From NCBI GenBank assembly GCA_964016885.1, contig OZ024742.1, positions 340,504,001 to 340,568,000 of the forward strand: a stretch of 64,000 bases of DNA. Reading direction: 5' to 3'. Of the stretch, positions 28,229-41,621 are shown in pieces; positions within the stretch are counted from its first letter, which is position 1; every line of letters begins with the position of its first letter. Under the pieces are notes generated by a model that saw only the letters and a program-made list of their open reading frames with translations, was not told the DNA's origin and did not search any database. This DNA comes from Eledone cirrhosa. Its lineage: Eukaryota. Position numbers and translations under genes: made by a program.

Positions 28229-31060
28229 TTCAAAATATTAACAAAATAGATATTCTTGTGATCAAGTATATTTTATTATACATATTTCGATGTACTGAGT
28301 TAAGTTCAACAGTACGTCCTTATCAGATAAATTAAGATGATGCTTGACATACCCTGACATAGTAGATGGTTAAGATTCAGTCATGGTAGTGAGTAATATA
28401 TGACAAAACTCAATATTTATACCTTAATATTGAGAACATGAGAAAAATATATAATACATACAATAGAGAGGGTGCGTGTAATACAGCTTAAAAATTACAT
28501 GGCATCAATATAACAGTTAAAAAATTTACATTACTGAAGAAAGAGGAAAGAAAGGCATAGAGGAAGAAACAGCTGATGGGATAATATAGTTAGTGGGTAC
28601 CTCGAAAGACAAATGAGAGATGATTAAAGAGAGAGAGAGAGACAAAGGGGAATAATTTATGTTCAAGTTTATAGACAATTATCCATATATACAATATATA
28701 TCTAAGCTTATTTGGTTGACCGTTACTATTCAAAATATTTAATTTAAGTTAGTTCAGAGTAATGAATAATATTTTAGGTTTTAAAAGTTAATATGTATCT
28801 GTATTAATATTATAGTATACTGTCAAGTTTAATTTCTAAACTTCAAATTTTATGAAATCAAATTTAAAGGATTTATGAAACACGAGAAAGAAAATATATA
28901 ATGTTTTTATAACCTCACGAAGGTAAACTTTACCAAAATTATTTATAATATTGACAACAGTTTATATAATATAATTTATAAAATAATTATAGTTATAATT
29001 ATTAAAGAATTTATGATAAACAATTTGAGTGCCTAAAGGATCAACAGGCCTTATAATTAAACTTAAAGACGTCTGAATTTTAAATTATATATATGTGTTA
29101 ATCAAAAAATACACAAGGATTATATTTCTAAAGATTTAAGGTGATACCTTTCAAATATACATAACATAATACAATAATACAATATAGTAAATAAGTTACT
29201 GAAAATATTGTTAAAAAAATATTGTTAAAAATTAATGTTTTATATCAATTATTGTAAAATGATGATTTAGTTGATATATACTATAAATATATAAATCAAA
29301 ACTACATGAGTCCTAAGGATAAGAGCTAGATACAAAATAAATATAAAAATAAAAAGTGAAAAATAATGAATTGTTTGCGAAACTTAAAAATGCCCAATAT
29401 TAAAAATATAGTTTAAAATGTAATAGGGTTTTAATATATAGTAGACAAAAGATACTTCTAAAATGTCTAGCGAATGTGATAGAAAGAGGAGCTAAATACT
29501 TGAAAAAGCCGAAGGTAATCTAAATTTAATTAAAATAAATTAAATTATATTAAATTAAGTAATAATCATTATATAATTTCGAACATCCAGGGAATATCTA
29601 ACACTTATAACAATAGAGAGTCATTTGAGTATCTAAATTATTTATAAATGTAACTACGAGTATGTTATTACACTAGATAAACATATTTGTACAACTATAT
29701 AGAGAGAGTATTATAGGTATTAATGAAACGATATATATTTAATAAATAAATAATTATAATCATTATTAGTAATGCTATAATTGTAGTTTTACCTCCAGTT
29801 CAGTGGTGAGAGAAACCAATATTTGTCGACTAGTATGGTTTGTTATATTTATACCTATATATATATAAAAATATATAAGTGCAAATCTAACTTTCTGAGT
29901 CCCCAAAATATACCCAAAATGAATAAAATATGCAAATTCATGAATGATCTAGAGTTCAATTATAACCGGTAATTTTACAAATTAAATATCCAAATTATAT
30001 ATTTAAAACAGAGACAGATAAATAAAGATCCGAATCTAAATTATAAATATCTAAAATAATCCTAAGATGTGCATATTTATCAAGTAAACAAGTTACCAAA
30101 TAATATGTTTATATACCTAAACAGGATCCTTTATTCTAAAATTAATTCTATCATAAATGATTAGAAAATAAAGTATTATTAAACTTTTATAAACTGTTAT
30201 GACTTTTTAGGTCCAACAGTTGATAAGAGACGTCAAAAATTAAAGCCTGTTTGTTTAGTGTTTTTTCCTGACTTTTTGCGAGGCTTGGAATGTAGACAAA
30301 GCTTTATGAAGGCAGTTTGAGAATGATTCACTTTTTTTGTTAAGTTTTCATAATTAGTAATTATTAATAGGGTCTCCTTTGTGCAGAGGTTGCAGTTAGT
30401 TGATATAGACGAGTTCGAGAATATTTTACTATTACAAAGCTTCGTCCAAAAAATCGAGTATTTTAAATTTTTGTTTTTTAATGACCATATAGGTTGTAAT
30501 AAAGAAGTCGAAGACTTCCTATTAAAATTCGAAAATGAGCATTTGTGATTCGCAAATCTCGATTTAAATGCCGAAGAAGTTGCCCCTATGTAGTTGTATG
30601 TGTTGTTATTTGTTTTTACGTACATTTATACACCAGATTTCTATCCAGACAATTATTTTGAAGAGGGCAATCTGGTTTATTTCTACAATTACATTTCGAT
30701 TTATTATTATTTATATTAACATTATTATTAACAGCATTATGCTGATTTTGGTTTAGAATTCTACTATTTAGTTTAGCGATGTTTTGGGCCATATTCATAG
30801 TTGTAGAATAAGAAAGCTTAATTGTGTGTCTAATAAATATGGAACGGTATTTATGTTGACTAGGGAAGGAATTATCTAAAGCCGTAAAGAATAGATTAGC
30901 TAGTGGTGTTCTTACTGCTACAGAAGCAGGAGGGGGGGGGGGGAACTATATAACTGATTTAGTTCTGGTTCTTTTCCCCGATTTATTCACAGTACAGGTG
31001 TTTGGATTATAACTTTTAGAATTTTTAGAATTTCGTTTATATATGCCAGTCATATTACTA
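28225..31060 (-). mobile_element. 5'-truncated, decayed Penelope-like element: thumb/linker, GIY-YIG, ~2-kb AT-rich 3' region and pLTR
   Basis: KCNCRNKPDCPLQNNCL..NLVYKC and YIGATSSAFKSRFANH in ORFs 30616-30798 and 30233-30625; hammerhead with CTGATAA at 28271-28331. Confidence 0.85.
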
Positions 31061-31082
31061 TATATATATATATATATAGAGA

Positions 31083-31164
<82 letters not shown>

Positions 31165-31171
<7 letters not shown>

Positions 31172-34100
31172 TTGAGATTGGTAATGGCACATGGAATATA
31201 TAAGAGACAGAATACTTTTTTGTGAAAAAACATAATTTTATAAGGTAAGGAAAGAATAAAGGGTATAAAAAATGACCGGTTTCAATGGGTCTGCAAAAAA
31301 AAACCACTCCCCACAAATAATTCCTCATTCACTACCAGAAAGGGACACACAGCAGTCAACTTGCTGCTACCAAGATGAAAACTACTATGAAATCCCACAC
31401 TGAATTTTATACTTGAATTTTCAAATCTCAAATTTTAACTCTTCTTATTATTAATTTTTCTTAATATTAATCAACATTTGAAAAGATGGCTTTTCCAGAC
31501 CCATCGAAACCGGTCATTTTTTATACCCTTTATTCTTTCCTTACCTTATAAAATTAAATGTTTTTTCACAAAAAAGTATTCTGTCTCTTATATATTCCAT
31601 GTGCCATTACCAACCTCAATTTTCTCTATAACCTTCGTTTTGTGTAGAAACTTACACTTTTCATATATACTAACCTACGCAAATCCGGAAAATGGCGCTG
31701 GAACAAGACAACACAACTTCAAACTCCAATATAAATGAGGAAGTCCTGAAAATCCTAAAAGAGATAAATGGAAAACTCACCATTCTGACAAAAAACAGGA
31801 TATACCCCAAACCACCACACCGACTGACAACCAAATTTACTTAAACGTTCAAAACATATGCAACTCCATCGAAAAACTTATAAATACCAAAACAGAACAG
31901 AAAACATTGCTCCATATCAAAAACCAAATGGGACACCTCTGGAAAAAACATCTAAAAACCAGAAAATTCACTTTCTGGAATATGTTAAAAAACCTCAACA
32001 AAGCTGGAATTTACCAGAAATGGATTAACTCAACACCGATAGTTTTACCACGTAAATTCCAAATAAAGCATATTACAAACGAACCTGAACCAGAAAGAAA
32101 ACTCCGTGAACAAATGTCACTCAACAGGATAAACATGGAAATAGAACTCCTAAAATTAAGGGCCACCTCCAACAAGCAAGAGTATAAGGATACTGATAAA
32201 AAAAAATGGAGGAAGAATGCACTAAAAAGGCCGAGGGAACAACCCTACAAAATTTAATCAAATCGTGGAAACAGGACTGCGAGAATGCAGAAATTATTTC
32301 CCTTAAACGGTGGGAAAAATCCGAAAACTGGTTCCTCAAATATGAAGAAGACTTTAAAAGGACGCACCAAACAGGTAACCCCTTTATAAAGCATTTGAAC
32401 ATAACAAGAACTAAAACAGACACATTTACACCACCAAACCCAACACACACTAACCACAGGCACATCCCCCACCAACACAAACCAAATACGGCCAACTACA
32501 CCAAAAGAAACACACCCAACCACCACAACACAGGTTTCCGTAGAAATACCCCCTACATAAACCAACGACGAAATAACATAGATCCAACTCACAACACACA
32601 CACCACATTCCTCAGAAGAAATCCACCCAGACCACTTGAAATCACAACAGAACTTACCCACAACCACACCAGACATCACCCTCAATCCAACAAAAGACAA
32701 CCCCCCAACCTCAACACTCTGTACCACAGAAATAACGCACCCAGACCACATGAACCAACAACAGAACCCTTGCTCATTAACAACCACAACACATACCACC
32801 CCCACCATCGCATTCACCCTCATGAAACAACAAGCTACAGACCCACACGCAACAGACCAACAAAATATAATCACACACAAAACTACATTCCTTTTTTAGG
32901 GAAAAGCCTGAAATACCAGGATACTCGATGCCCCCCTCAGGGGAAACCAAAAATAATCAACCTCTCAAAGACAACACACAAATCAACATTTTAAATAAGG
33001 GCCTGAAATTTACACCTACACCACGTAAACCAAACTTCCCCGAAATGAAGGATGACATCATAGAATTTTGCCGAAAGCTGCGACTAACGGAATTCTTCCA
33101 CAACGACACAAACACTGAAGACGAATCACTGGTTAGAAATAAAAACAATTTCTGCCACAAAAGGGAAGAAATAAAGCACTGGACACGTACTGCGAACACA
33201 TCACCAACTTTCCCTATGAAAAAATTACAAATAAACACACGAAATCAAACCTATCTACACACGAATGGGAAGAATTATTCACACTTAGAAACAACCCTGA
33301 GATAACCATCAAAGAAGCCGATAAAGGCAGTACTGTTGTCATTATGAATACGGACTACTATAGGACCCTCGCACTTAACATTTTAGAAAACAACACATAC
33401 TATGAAAAAACAGAAAACTACAAACACACCAAAAACAATGGGGAACCTTTTGACCTTACTGAATAAATACCGCAACAGCTTAACCACAAAAGAGTTTAAC
33501 TATATAAGCCACTTCAAATGCAATACAAGCTCCTCTTACGGCTTACCGAAACTCCACAAATGTAAACCCATAAACGATGCATGTGACACCTCAACCAACA
33601 ATTACATTGAACTAACACCACCAGAAGACCTAAAACTCAGGCCAATTATAGCAGGCCCTACATGTAAAACCCACAGACTTAGCAACTTTCTGGACATCCT
33701 ACTGAAACCCTTCCTACAACATATACAGAGCTACATACGAGATGACCTTGACATGCTGAAACACCTCCCTAAAACAGTAAGTGCAAATACAATTCTTGTC
33801 TCCTTTGACGTAATAAACCTCTACACAAACATACCCCACAACTATGGAATAACAGCAGTCCAATACTGGCTTAACACACACCCATCAGAAATACCGACAC
33901 GCATCAACAAAAATTTTATCACTGACGGACTCCGCTTTATCCTACAAAATAACTACTTCACATTCAATGGTTCAACATACAGACAAGTATCAGGTACTGC
34001 AATGGGCACGAAAGTAGCACCCACATATGCCAACCTAGTCATGGGATTCCATGAACAACAAATATACAGTCAGTCCCTTCTCTTATTTGGAGACTCTTTC

Positions 34101-35916
34101 CACACACACCTCAAAGCCAATTGGAAAAGATATCTAGACGACTGCTTTATCCTATTGCAAGAAGACATGAACTCACTTACTATGTTTAAAAACATGATAA
34201 ACAACATCGATAATAACATACAATTCACAATGGAATCCAATCCCAAGGAATTAGCCTTCTTGGATATTCTCATCTCTGTAATAGACGGGAAATTAGATAC
34301 AGATATATTCTATAAACCCACAGATTCCAAGCAATACCTCTTTTTCACATCAAGTCACCCAAAACATACAAAACTTAACATTCCTTACAATTTGGCCAAA
34401 CGTATATGTACCATAGTATCAGATCCACCTAAACGGGAGCAAAGACTAAAGGAACTAAAAGAGCCTTTCCACTTGAAATAATCAACAATGGAATAGACAG
34501 GGCAAAACACCTAAATCCCCATCAACTTAACAATCCAAAACAGAAAACCACACTCAACACCCTGCCATATGTATCCACTTTCAACCCCATAAATACCGAA
34601 ATGTTTGATCACCTACACAAAAACCTCCCCATCCTACTTAAAGATGTAAAAATGAAGTCTATTCTTGAAACACACAAGATCCTTAAAAGTAAAAGACAAC
34701 CCAAATCACTTAAACGCATTCTCACTGGACCAAATATACCCAAACCAATCCTCAACCCTACAGTTACCAAATGTGGTAGAACAAACTGTGGAACGTGCCT
34801 CTACCTCACTGAAGGACAAAAATTTACATTTAAAGATGGTCAAACATTTACAGTAAAAAACTATTTCACCTGCAACTCGGAGAACTTGATTTACGCAATA
34901 ACTTGCGGTGGGTGCAAACACAACTACATAGGACAGACGTGCATCATTACGCAAAAGAATGACCATCCACCGCCAACAAATCCGGGACGCTAACACAAGA
35001 AAAATCCCCTTGAGCAGCCATATTGCGGACTGCGCAGGAATGACACTACCCAACTTTAAAATCTTCCCCTTCTACAAGTGCTCAGATTCGTTCACACAGC
35101 AACAAAGAATAAACAAAGAAAATCTATTCCTTAACAAATTTAAACCAAAACTAAACGGGTTATCACCCCAATAGAATTGTCATAAAATATAAACACACAT
35201 ACGCACGGAGTGACAGATACGTGTGTGTATGTGTGCATGTATATAATTATCACTACTATTAAAGACCAGAGACAATTCTGTAGAATCAGGTTTATTAGTT
35301 GACAGACCATGCCTTTGTGTGACCAACACATCCATGTTAAACCCTGCACGTGCACACACATATATCTATATATATATGCGCACACAGAATACACCACTGT
35401 CGGTTGCGGGGCCCAATCTACATGAAGAACTCAATGTGATCAGAATGACTTGTATTTTAATTTCATTGTTCTAACTTCTTATATTATGGAAAAAATATAT
35501 GTGTATGTATGTATATATATATATATATTTGGAGGCCATTTCTCTATATGTATGGGTGTATGTATGTGTATGTGTGTGTGTGTGTATGTGTGTGCATGTG
35601 GATGTATGTATGTGGATGTATGTGTGTGTGTGTGTGTGTATGTGTGTATCTGGATGTATGTGTATGTATATATATGTGTGTGTGTGTGTATATATATGTG
35701 TATGTATGTGTATATATGTGTGTGTGTGTGTTTGTATGTGTGTGTGTGTGTGTATTTATGTGTGTATCTGGATGTATGTGTATGTATATATATGTGTGTG
35801 TGTATATATATGTATGTGTATGTGTATATGTGTGTGTGTATATATATGTGTGTGTATGTGTATATATGTGTGTGTGTGTGTATGTGTGTGTGTATATGTA
35901 TGTGTGTGTGTATGTA

Positions 35917-35973
<57 letters not shown>

Positions 35974-36515
35974 ATGTATATGTATGTGTGTGTGGATGAG
36001 GGTATGTGTATATATAGGTGTAAGTGCACTAAATCCCTTTCTATCACTCTCCCCTCTCCTACCGACCACATGGAGATATATGTATGTATATTGCTTCCAC
36101 CCCCTCACTGACCAGCAGCTGGCCGTCTGGCCATTGCTAAATCTGACCTTAAAAAAAACCACTCCCCACAAATAATTCCTCATTCACTACCAGAAAGGGA
36201 CAGACAGCAGTCAACTTGCTGCTACCAAGATGAAAACTATTATGAAATCCCACACTGAATTTTATACTTGAATTTTCAAATCTCAAATTTTAACTCTTCT
36301 TATTATTAATTTTTCTTAATATTAATCAACATTTGAAAAGATGGCTTTTCCAGACCCATCGAAACCGGTCATTTTTTATACCCTTTATTCTTTCCTTACC
36401 TTATAAAATTAAATGTTTTTTCACAAAAAAGTATTCTGTCTCTTATATATTCCATGTGCCATTACCAACCTCAATTTTCTCTATAACCTTCGTTTTGTGT
36501 AGAAACTTACACTTT

Positions 36516-36517
<2 letters not shown>
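31165..36517 (+). mobile_element. Near full-length Penelope-like element with direct pLTRs and a 5' inverted fragment
   Basis: 31297-31660 is repeated at 36151-36517; 31165-31293 inverts about 31495-31625. Confidence 0.93.
31692..35174 (+). pseudogene. Frameshifted Penelope RT plus GIY-YIG endonuclease ORF
   Basis: LNKGLKFTPTP, YGLPKLHK, LRPII, SFDVINLYTNIP, GTAMG, RYLDD, FLD, CGRTNCGTC and LIYAITC..YIGQT, spread over several frames. Confidence 0.92.
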
Positions 36518-36552
<35 letters not shown>

Positions 36553-36556
<4 letters not shown>

Positions 36557-36740
36557 AACAAGTATGACCCCGACGGCAGAGCTCATTTCGGCGGCTAATT
36601 CTGGACTGAATTAGCCGTCGAAACGGCTTGAGCTCTGCCGTCGGGGTCATACTTGTTCCTATTACCCACTCTACTACCCTAAGTATTGAGTACTATGGTG
36701 CGTTGTGGTCCATCTGGTTCCTTACCACATTTCCTTCGTT
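36553..36740 (+). mobile_element. Family D fold-back element with nested double inversion
   Basis: Outer arms taggaacaagtatgaccccgacggcagagctca and its reverse complement; inner arms tttcggcggctaattc/gaattagccgtcgaaa. Confidence 0.75.
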
Positions 36741-36796
36741 ATATATATATATATATATATTTCGTTTATATATGCCAGTCATATTACTATATATAT

Positions 36797-38330
36797 ATTA
36801 TGAAGAGAGAAGAAACATTAGATATAATTAGTAATAAGATATATCATACCTAGATAGTTCTCCAGTCCCCGACTACGTAGTTTCGTGGCATATTATGCAA
36901 AAACACTAGATTATAGAGATATAGTGTTCTTGTGATGTTCTGCCGACTTATCAAAGGGGTACCTCATTAAGGATTTCAAAAATCGTCTGCAATGCGCGCG
37001 ATAGAATCTCGAAAAGGCGGAGGGAGAGTCAGTCACGTGATACAGCGGTCAAGAAACAGAGCTAAGCTCTATATTAAAAAAATTAAACAGAGCTAAGCTC
37101 TATATTAAAAAAATACCACGGAGGCTGAGGGGGTATTCATATCAAAGCCGTAGAAGAGGTGGTTTGAGGAGGCGAGAAGTATGAGCAATGGTAGATATCC
37201 AGTAGTCACTATACTTCAAAGGTTACTCGACCAAAGGGAGTTATAAACAATATATAGAGAGAAACACACAGATACATGCGGACACATACATATACATGAA
37301 TATATCCACACATATCCCTGTGTTAGTGGTGCCAACCGCAACCGATGTTGCTCTATGAATATCTGGGACAGAACTAACCGAATGGATTAGACTGATTCAG
37401 TATCAGAGCTATAAAGTACATTATGAAGAGAGAAGAAACATTAGATATAATTAGTAATAAGATATATCATACCTAGCTGGTTCTTCAGTCCCCGACTACG
37501 TAGTTTCGTGGCATATTATGCAAAAACACTAGATCACCGAGATATAGAGTTCTTGTGAGGTTCTGCCGACTTATCAAGGGGGTACCTCATTAAGGGTTTC
37601 AAAACACGTCTGCAATGCGCGCGATAGAATCTCAAAAAGGCGGAGGGAGAGTCAGTCACGTGATACAGCGGTCAAGAAACAGAGCTAAGCCCCTTATAAC
37701 TCTGAAAAAAAATCCACGGAGTCGGAGGGGTATTCAAACTCCCTTTGGTCGAGTAACCTTTGAAGTGTAGTGACTGCTAGATAGCTACCATTACTCATCC
37801 TTCTCGCCTCCTCAACCACCTCTTCTACGGCTTTGATATGTATACCCCCTCCGCCTCCATGGTATTTTTTCAGGGTTATAAGGGGCTTAAGCTCTGTTTC
37901 TTGACCGCTGTATCACGTGACTGACTCTCCCTCCGCCTTTTCGAGATTCTATCACGCGCATTGCAGACGTGTTTTGAAACCCTTAATGAGGTATCCCCTT
38001 GATAAGTCGGCAGAACCTCACAAGAACTCTATATCTCTATGATCTAGTGTTTTTGCATAATATGCCACGAAACTACGTAGTCGGGGACTAAAGAACCAGC
38101 TAGGTATGATATATCTTATTACTAATTATATCTAATGTTTCTTCTCTCTTCATAATGTACTTTATAGCTCTGACATTGAATCAGTCTAATCCATTCGGTT
38201 AGTTCTGTCCCAGTTATTCATAGAGCAACATCGGTTGAGGTTGGCACCACTAACACAGGGATATGTGTGGATATATTCATGTATATGTATGTGTCCGCAT
38301 GTATCTGTGTGTTTCTCTCTATATATTGTG
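36797..38330. mobile_element. Family C: about 1.5 tandem monomers (-) joined to an inverted monomer (+)
   Basis: gactacgtag at 36871 and 37494; strand switch at about 37735; three hammerhead-like motifs. Confidence 0.85.
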
Positions 38331-38332
38331 TG

Positions 38333-38372
<40 letters not shown>

Positions 38373-38380
38373 ATTTATAC

Positions 38381-38725
38381 ATTAATATATATGATAAACA
38401 CAAAACGTGTTTGTATTGCAACAGACAAAGTAGCTAGCAATGAAATAAACTAATTAAAGTGAATACAATTTGTCTGTCTCGATATAAGTCAATAAAGACA
38501 AGTTTATATTGGCAAAAGCCGTGATTCCTGGACAAATTTAAATTTCAAAATCCAAACCCGCTCCGTAGATGAATTTGAACTTCGAAACCCAAATATGTTT
38601 CGCAACGATTGTACATGAATTGAAAAATAAAGAGAATCGAAATGGAATTGAAATAAAAAGTGAAATATCCATTGGAGCTGATTAATTGTAAACGACTAAG
38701 AGTTTAATCTCAGAATATAATATAG
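38381..38725 (-). mobile_element. Internally deleted family A copy
   Basis: Reverse complement of about 5835-6127 joined to about 5604-5657. Confidence 0.8.
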
Positions 38726-38765
<40 letters not shown>

Positions 38766-38793
38766 CTAAATATATATAACAATATATATATAA

Positions 38794-38980
38794 TAATTGT
38801 TTCTACTTTAGGCACAAGGCCAGCAATTACTCAGTGCATTACTGGTACTTTAGTTTATCGACCCCGTAAGGATGAAAGACAAAGTCAACCTCGGCGGGAT
38901 TTGAACTCGGATCGTAAAGGGACGTAACTATGCTGGAAAGCATGGTGTCTGACCCTCTACCGATACTGCCAATCCACCGT
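38794..38980 (-). mobile_element. Full-length SINE (short subfamily)
   Basis: Complete from head ggtggattggcagtatcggtagag to tail. Confidence 0.9.
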
Positions 38981-39369
38981 ATAATAATAAATATATATAT
39001 ATATATCTCATGGTGGTGGTAGTGGAGATTGAGGTAGCGGCGGTGGGGTTGCGGAAGTGGTGGTATCCGTGACGGTGAAGGTGAGTATAGTGGTTGTGGT
39101 GGTGAAAGCTCGCGGTGGTGTTGCTGTTGGTGTTGGTGATATTGATGGTGGCATTAATGGTTGTGTTGCTGGTGTTGGTGTTGGTGCTATTGGTGGTGGT
39201 ATTAAATGTGGTGCTGCTGGTGTTGGTGTTATAGTAAATATAAAGAGGTAAACCGCACAAACAATTTATTTTATATTCTGAAGTTAAAATAATCCCTTTT
39301 TATTTCCGTTTCCTCGCAGTAAAATTACGTTCTTTACAATAGCCCCCCCCCCCTCTCTCTCTCTCTCTA

Positions 39370-40020
39370 CATTTATCACTCTTAGTACGGGTGATACTTA
39401 TATGTATACAGACGTACAGTAGTATGTATATACATACATAAATGCACCCATATATATATATATATGTACGTATGGGTTTACCGAACATTTATTATAATGC
39501 TCGGTTTGTTTGTAAACAAACAGCCCAAATTATTAGCCGTACGTGTTCGGCAACCACCGTTGCCATCTTGTTCAACACTGACAAAGGAACGATGAACTAG
39601 TTTCTAGCTAAGAGTGAGAAATGAAATTTCATTTTTTCCATTTAACATTTTCGGTACGCCCGGCCGACTAACTCACTCGATATGCAAATTAGGCTGCTCT
39701 GCCGTTAATATGCATAAGGAAAGTATATACTTTCAAACGTTCAATTGACTGACAGGAAGGTATACGGTACTGATGACAGCTAATTTAGCTAGAAACTAGT
39801 TCATCGTTCTTTTGTCAGTGTTGAACAAAATGGCAACGATGGTTGCCGAACACTGTACGGCTAATAATTCGGGCTGTTTGTTTACAAACAAACCGAGCAT
39901 TATAATAAAAACGTTCGGTAAACCCATGCGTACATATATATATGTGTGCATGTATGTATATATATATATACATACTACTGTACGTCTGTATACATATATG
40001 TATGTACGTATACATACTTA
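39370..40020. mobile_element. Putative MITE/fold-back: ~210-bp inverted arms around a ~175-bp spacer
   Basis: About 39399-39610 inverts about 39787-40000. Confidence 0.65.
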
Positions 40021-40386
40021 TATTTATATATACATATATATATATAAGATATATATATATATACAAACACACACACACACATATATATATATGAATATAT
40101 ATATCCTTTTTTCTCTCTCTCTCTTTCTGTCTTTCGTCTTTGAGGTTTAGATATATCTATACCCACTCTGCATTTCCCCATCATTCACTGCTTCTATGAT
40201 TAGTGGTCTCCTCGGTCTCAGCACTGCAGACTTTCTCTCTCTCTCGCTCTCTCCCTCTCTCTTTCTCTCTCTCTCGCTCTCTCCCTCTCTCTCTCCATCT
40301 CTCTATCTCTCTATCTATCTATCTATCCCTCTATCTCCTATCTCTCTATCTCTATCTCTATCTCTTTATCTATCTCCATCTATACG

Positions 40387-40470
<84 letters not shown>

Positions 40471-40559
40471 TATATATATATACATCCATTTATAAATACT
40501 TTTGTGAAGTGAAGTGCTGCAGTAGTACCCATGTCTAAAAAAATTTTTTTCGATTTTAG

Positions 40560-40610
<51 letters not shown>

Positions 40611-40752
40611 GTGTGTGTGTGTGTTGAAAGTATGGACCAGATAGTGATCAAAATTGGGATATTTATATCATCATTGCCGTAGAACTTTTACATGTTCAGT
40701 GGGTTTATAAGCAATAGTTATAGATATCTTTTGTTTGTGTTTCAATTGAAGT

Positions 40753-41621
40753 GCTAGGCAGTTAAAGTGAGGTCTACCCCTACGCTAGCCAGTTAAAGTG
40801 AGGTCTACTCCTACGCTAGCCAGTTAAAGTGAGGTCTACTCCTACGCTAGCCAGTTAAAGTGAGGTCTACCCCTACGCTAGCCAGTTAAAGTGATGTCTA
40901 CCCCTACGCTAGGCAGTTAAAGTGAGGTCTACCCCTACGCTAGCCAGTTAAAGTGAGGTCTACTCCTACGCTAGCCAGTTAAAGTGAGCTCTACCCCTAC
41001 GCTAGCCAGTTAAAGTGAGGTCTACCCCTACGCTAGCCAGTTAAAGTGAGGTCTACCCCTACGCTAGCCAGTTAAAGTGAGGTCTACCCCTACGCTAGGC
41101 AGGTAAAGTGAGGTCTACCCCTACGCTAGCCAGTTAAAGTGAGGTCTACCCCTACGCTAGCCAGTTAAAGTGATGTCTACCCCTACGCTAGGCAGTTAAA
41201 GTGAGGTCTACCCCTACGCTAGCCAGTTAAAGTGAGGTCTACTCCTACGCTAGCCAGTTAAAGTGAGCTCTACCCCTACGCTAGCCAGTTAAAGTGAGGT
41301 CTACCCCTACGCTAGCCAGTTAAAGTGAGGTCTACCCCTACGCTAGCCAGTTAAAGTGAGGTCTACCCCTACGCTAGGCAGGTAAAGTGAGGTCTACCCC
41401 TACGCTAGCCAGTTAAAGTGAGGTCTACTCCTACGCTAGCCAGTTAAAGTGAGCTCTACCCCTACGCTAGCCAGTTAAAGTGAGGTCTACCCCTACGCTA
41501 GCCAGTTAAAGTGAGGTCTACCCCTACGCTAGCCAGTTAAAGTGAGGTCTACCCCTACGCTAGCCAGTTAAAGTGAGGTCTACTCCTACGCTAGCCAGTT
41601 AAAGTGAGATCTACTCCTACG
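40753..41621. repeat. 31-bp minisatellite, about 28 copies (gccagttaaagtgaggtctacccctacgcta)
   Basis: Perfectly phased tandem units with no spacers. Confidence 0.97.

Noticed and set aside
40753-41621. CRISPR-like 31-bp repeat array
   Set aside because: Units are contiguous with no unique spacers, there are no cas genes, and the context is eukaryotic.
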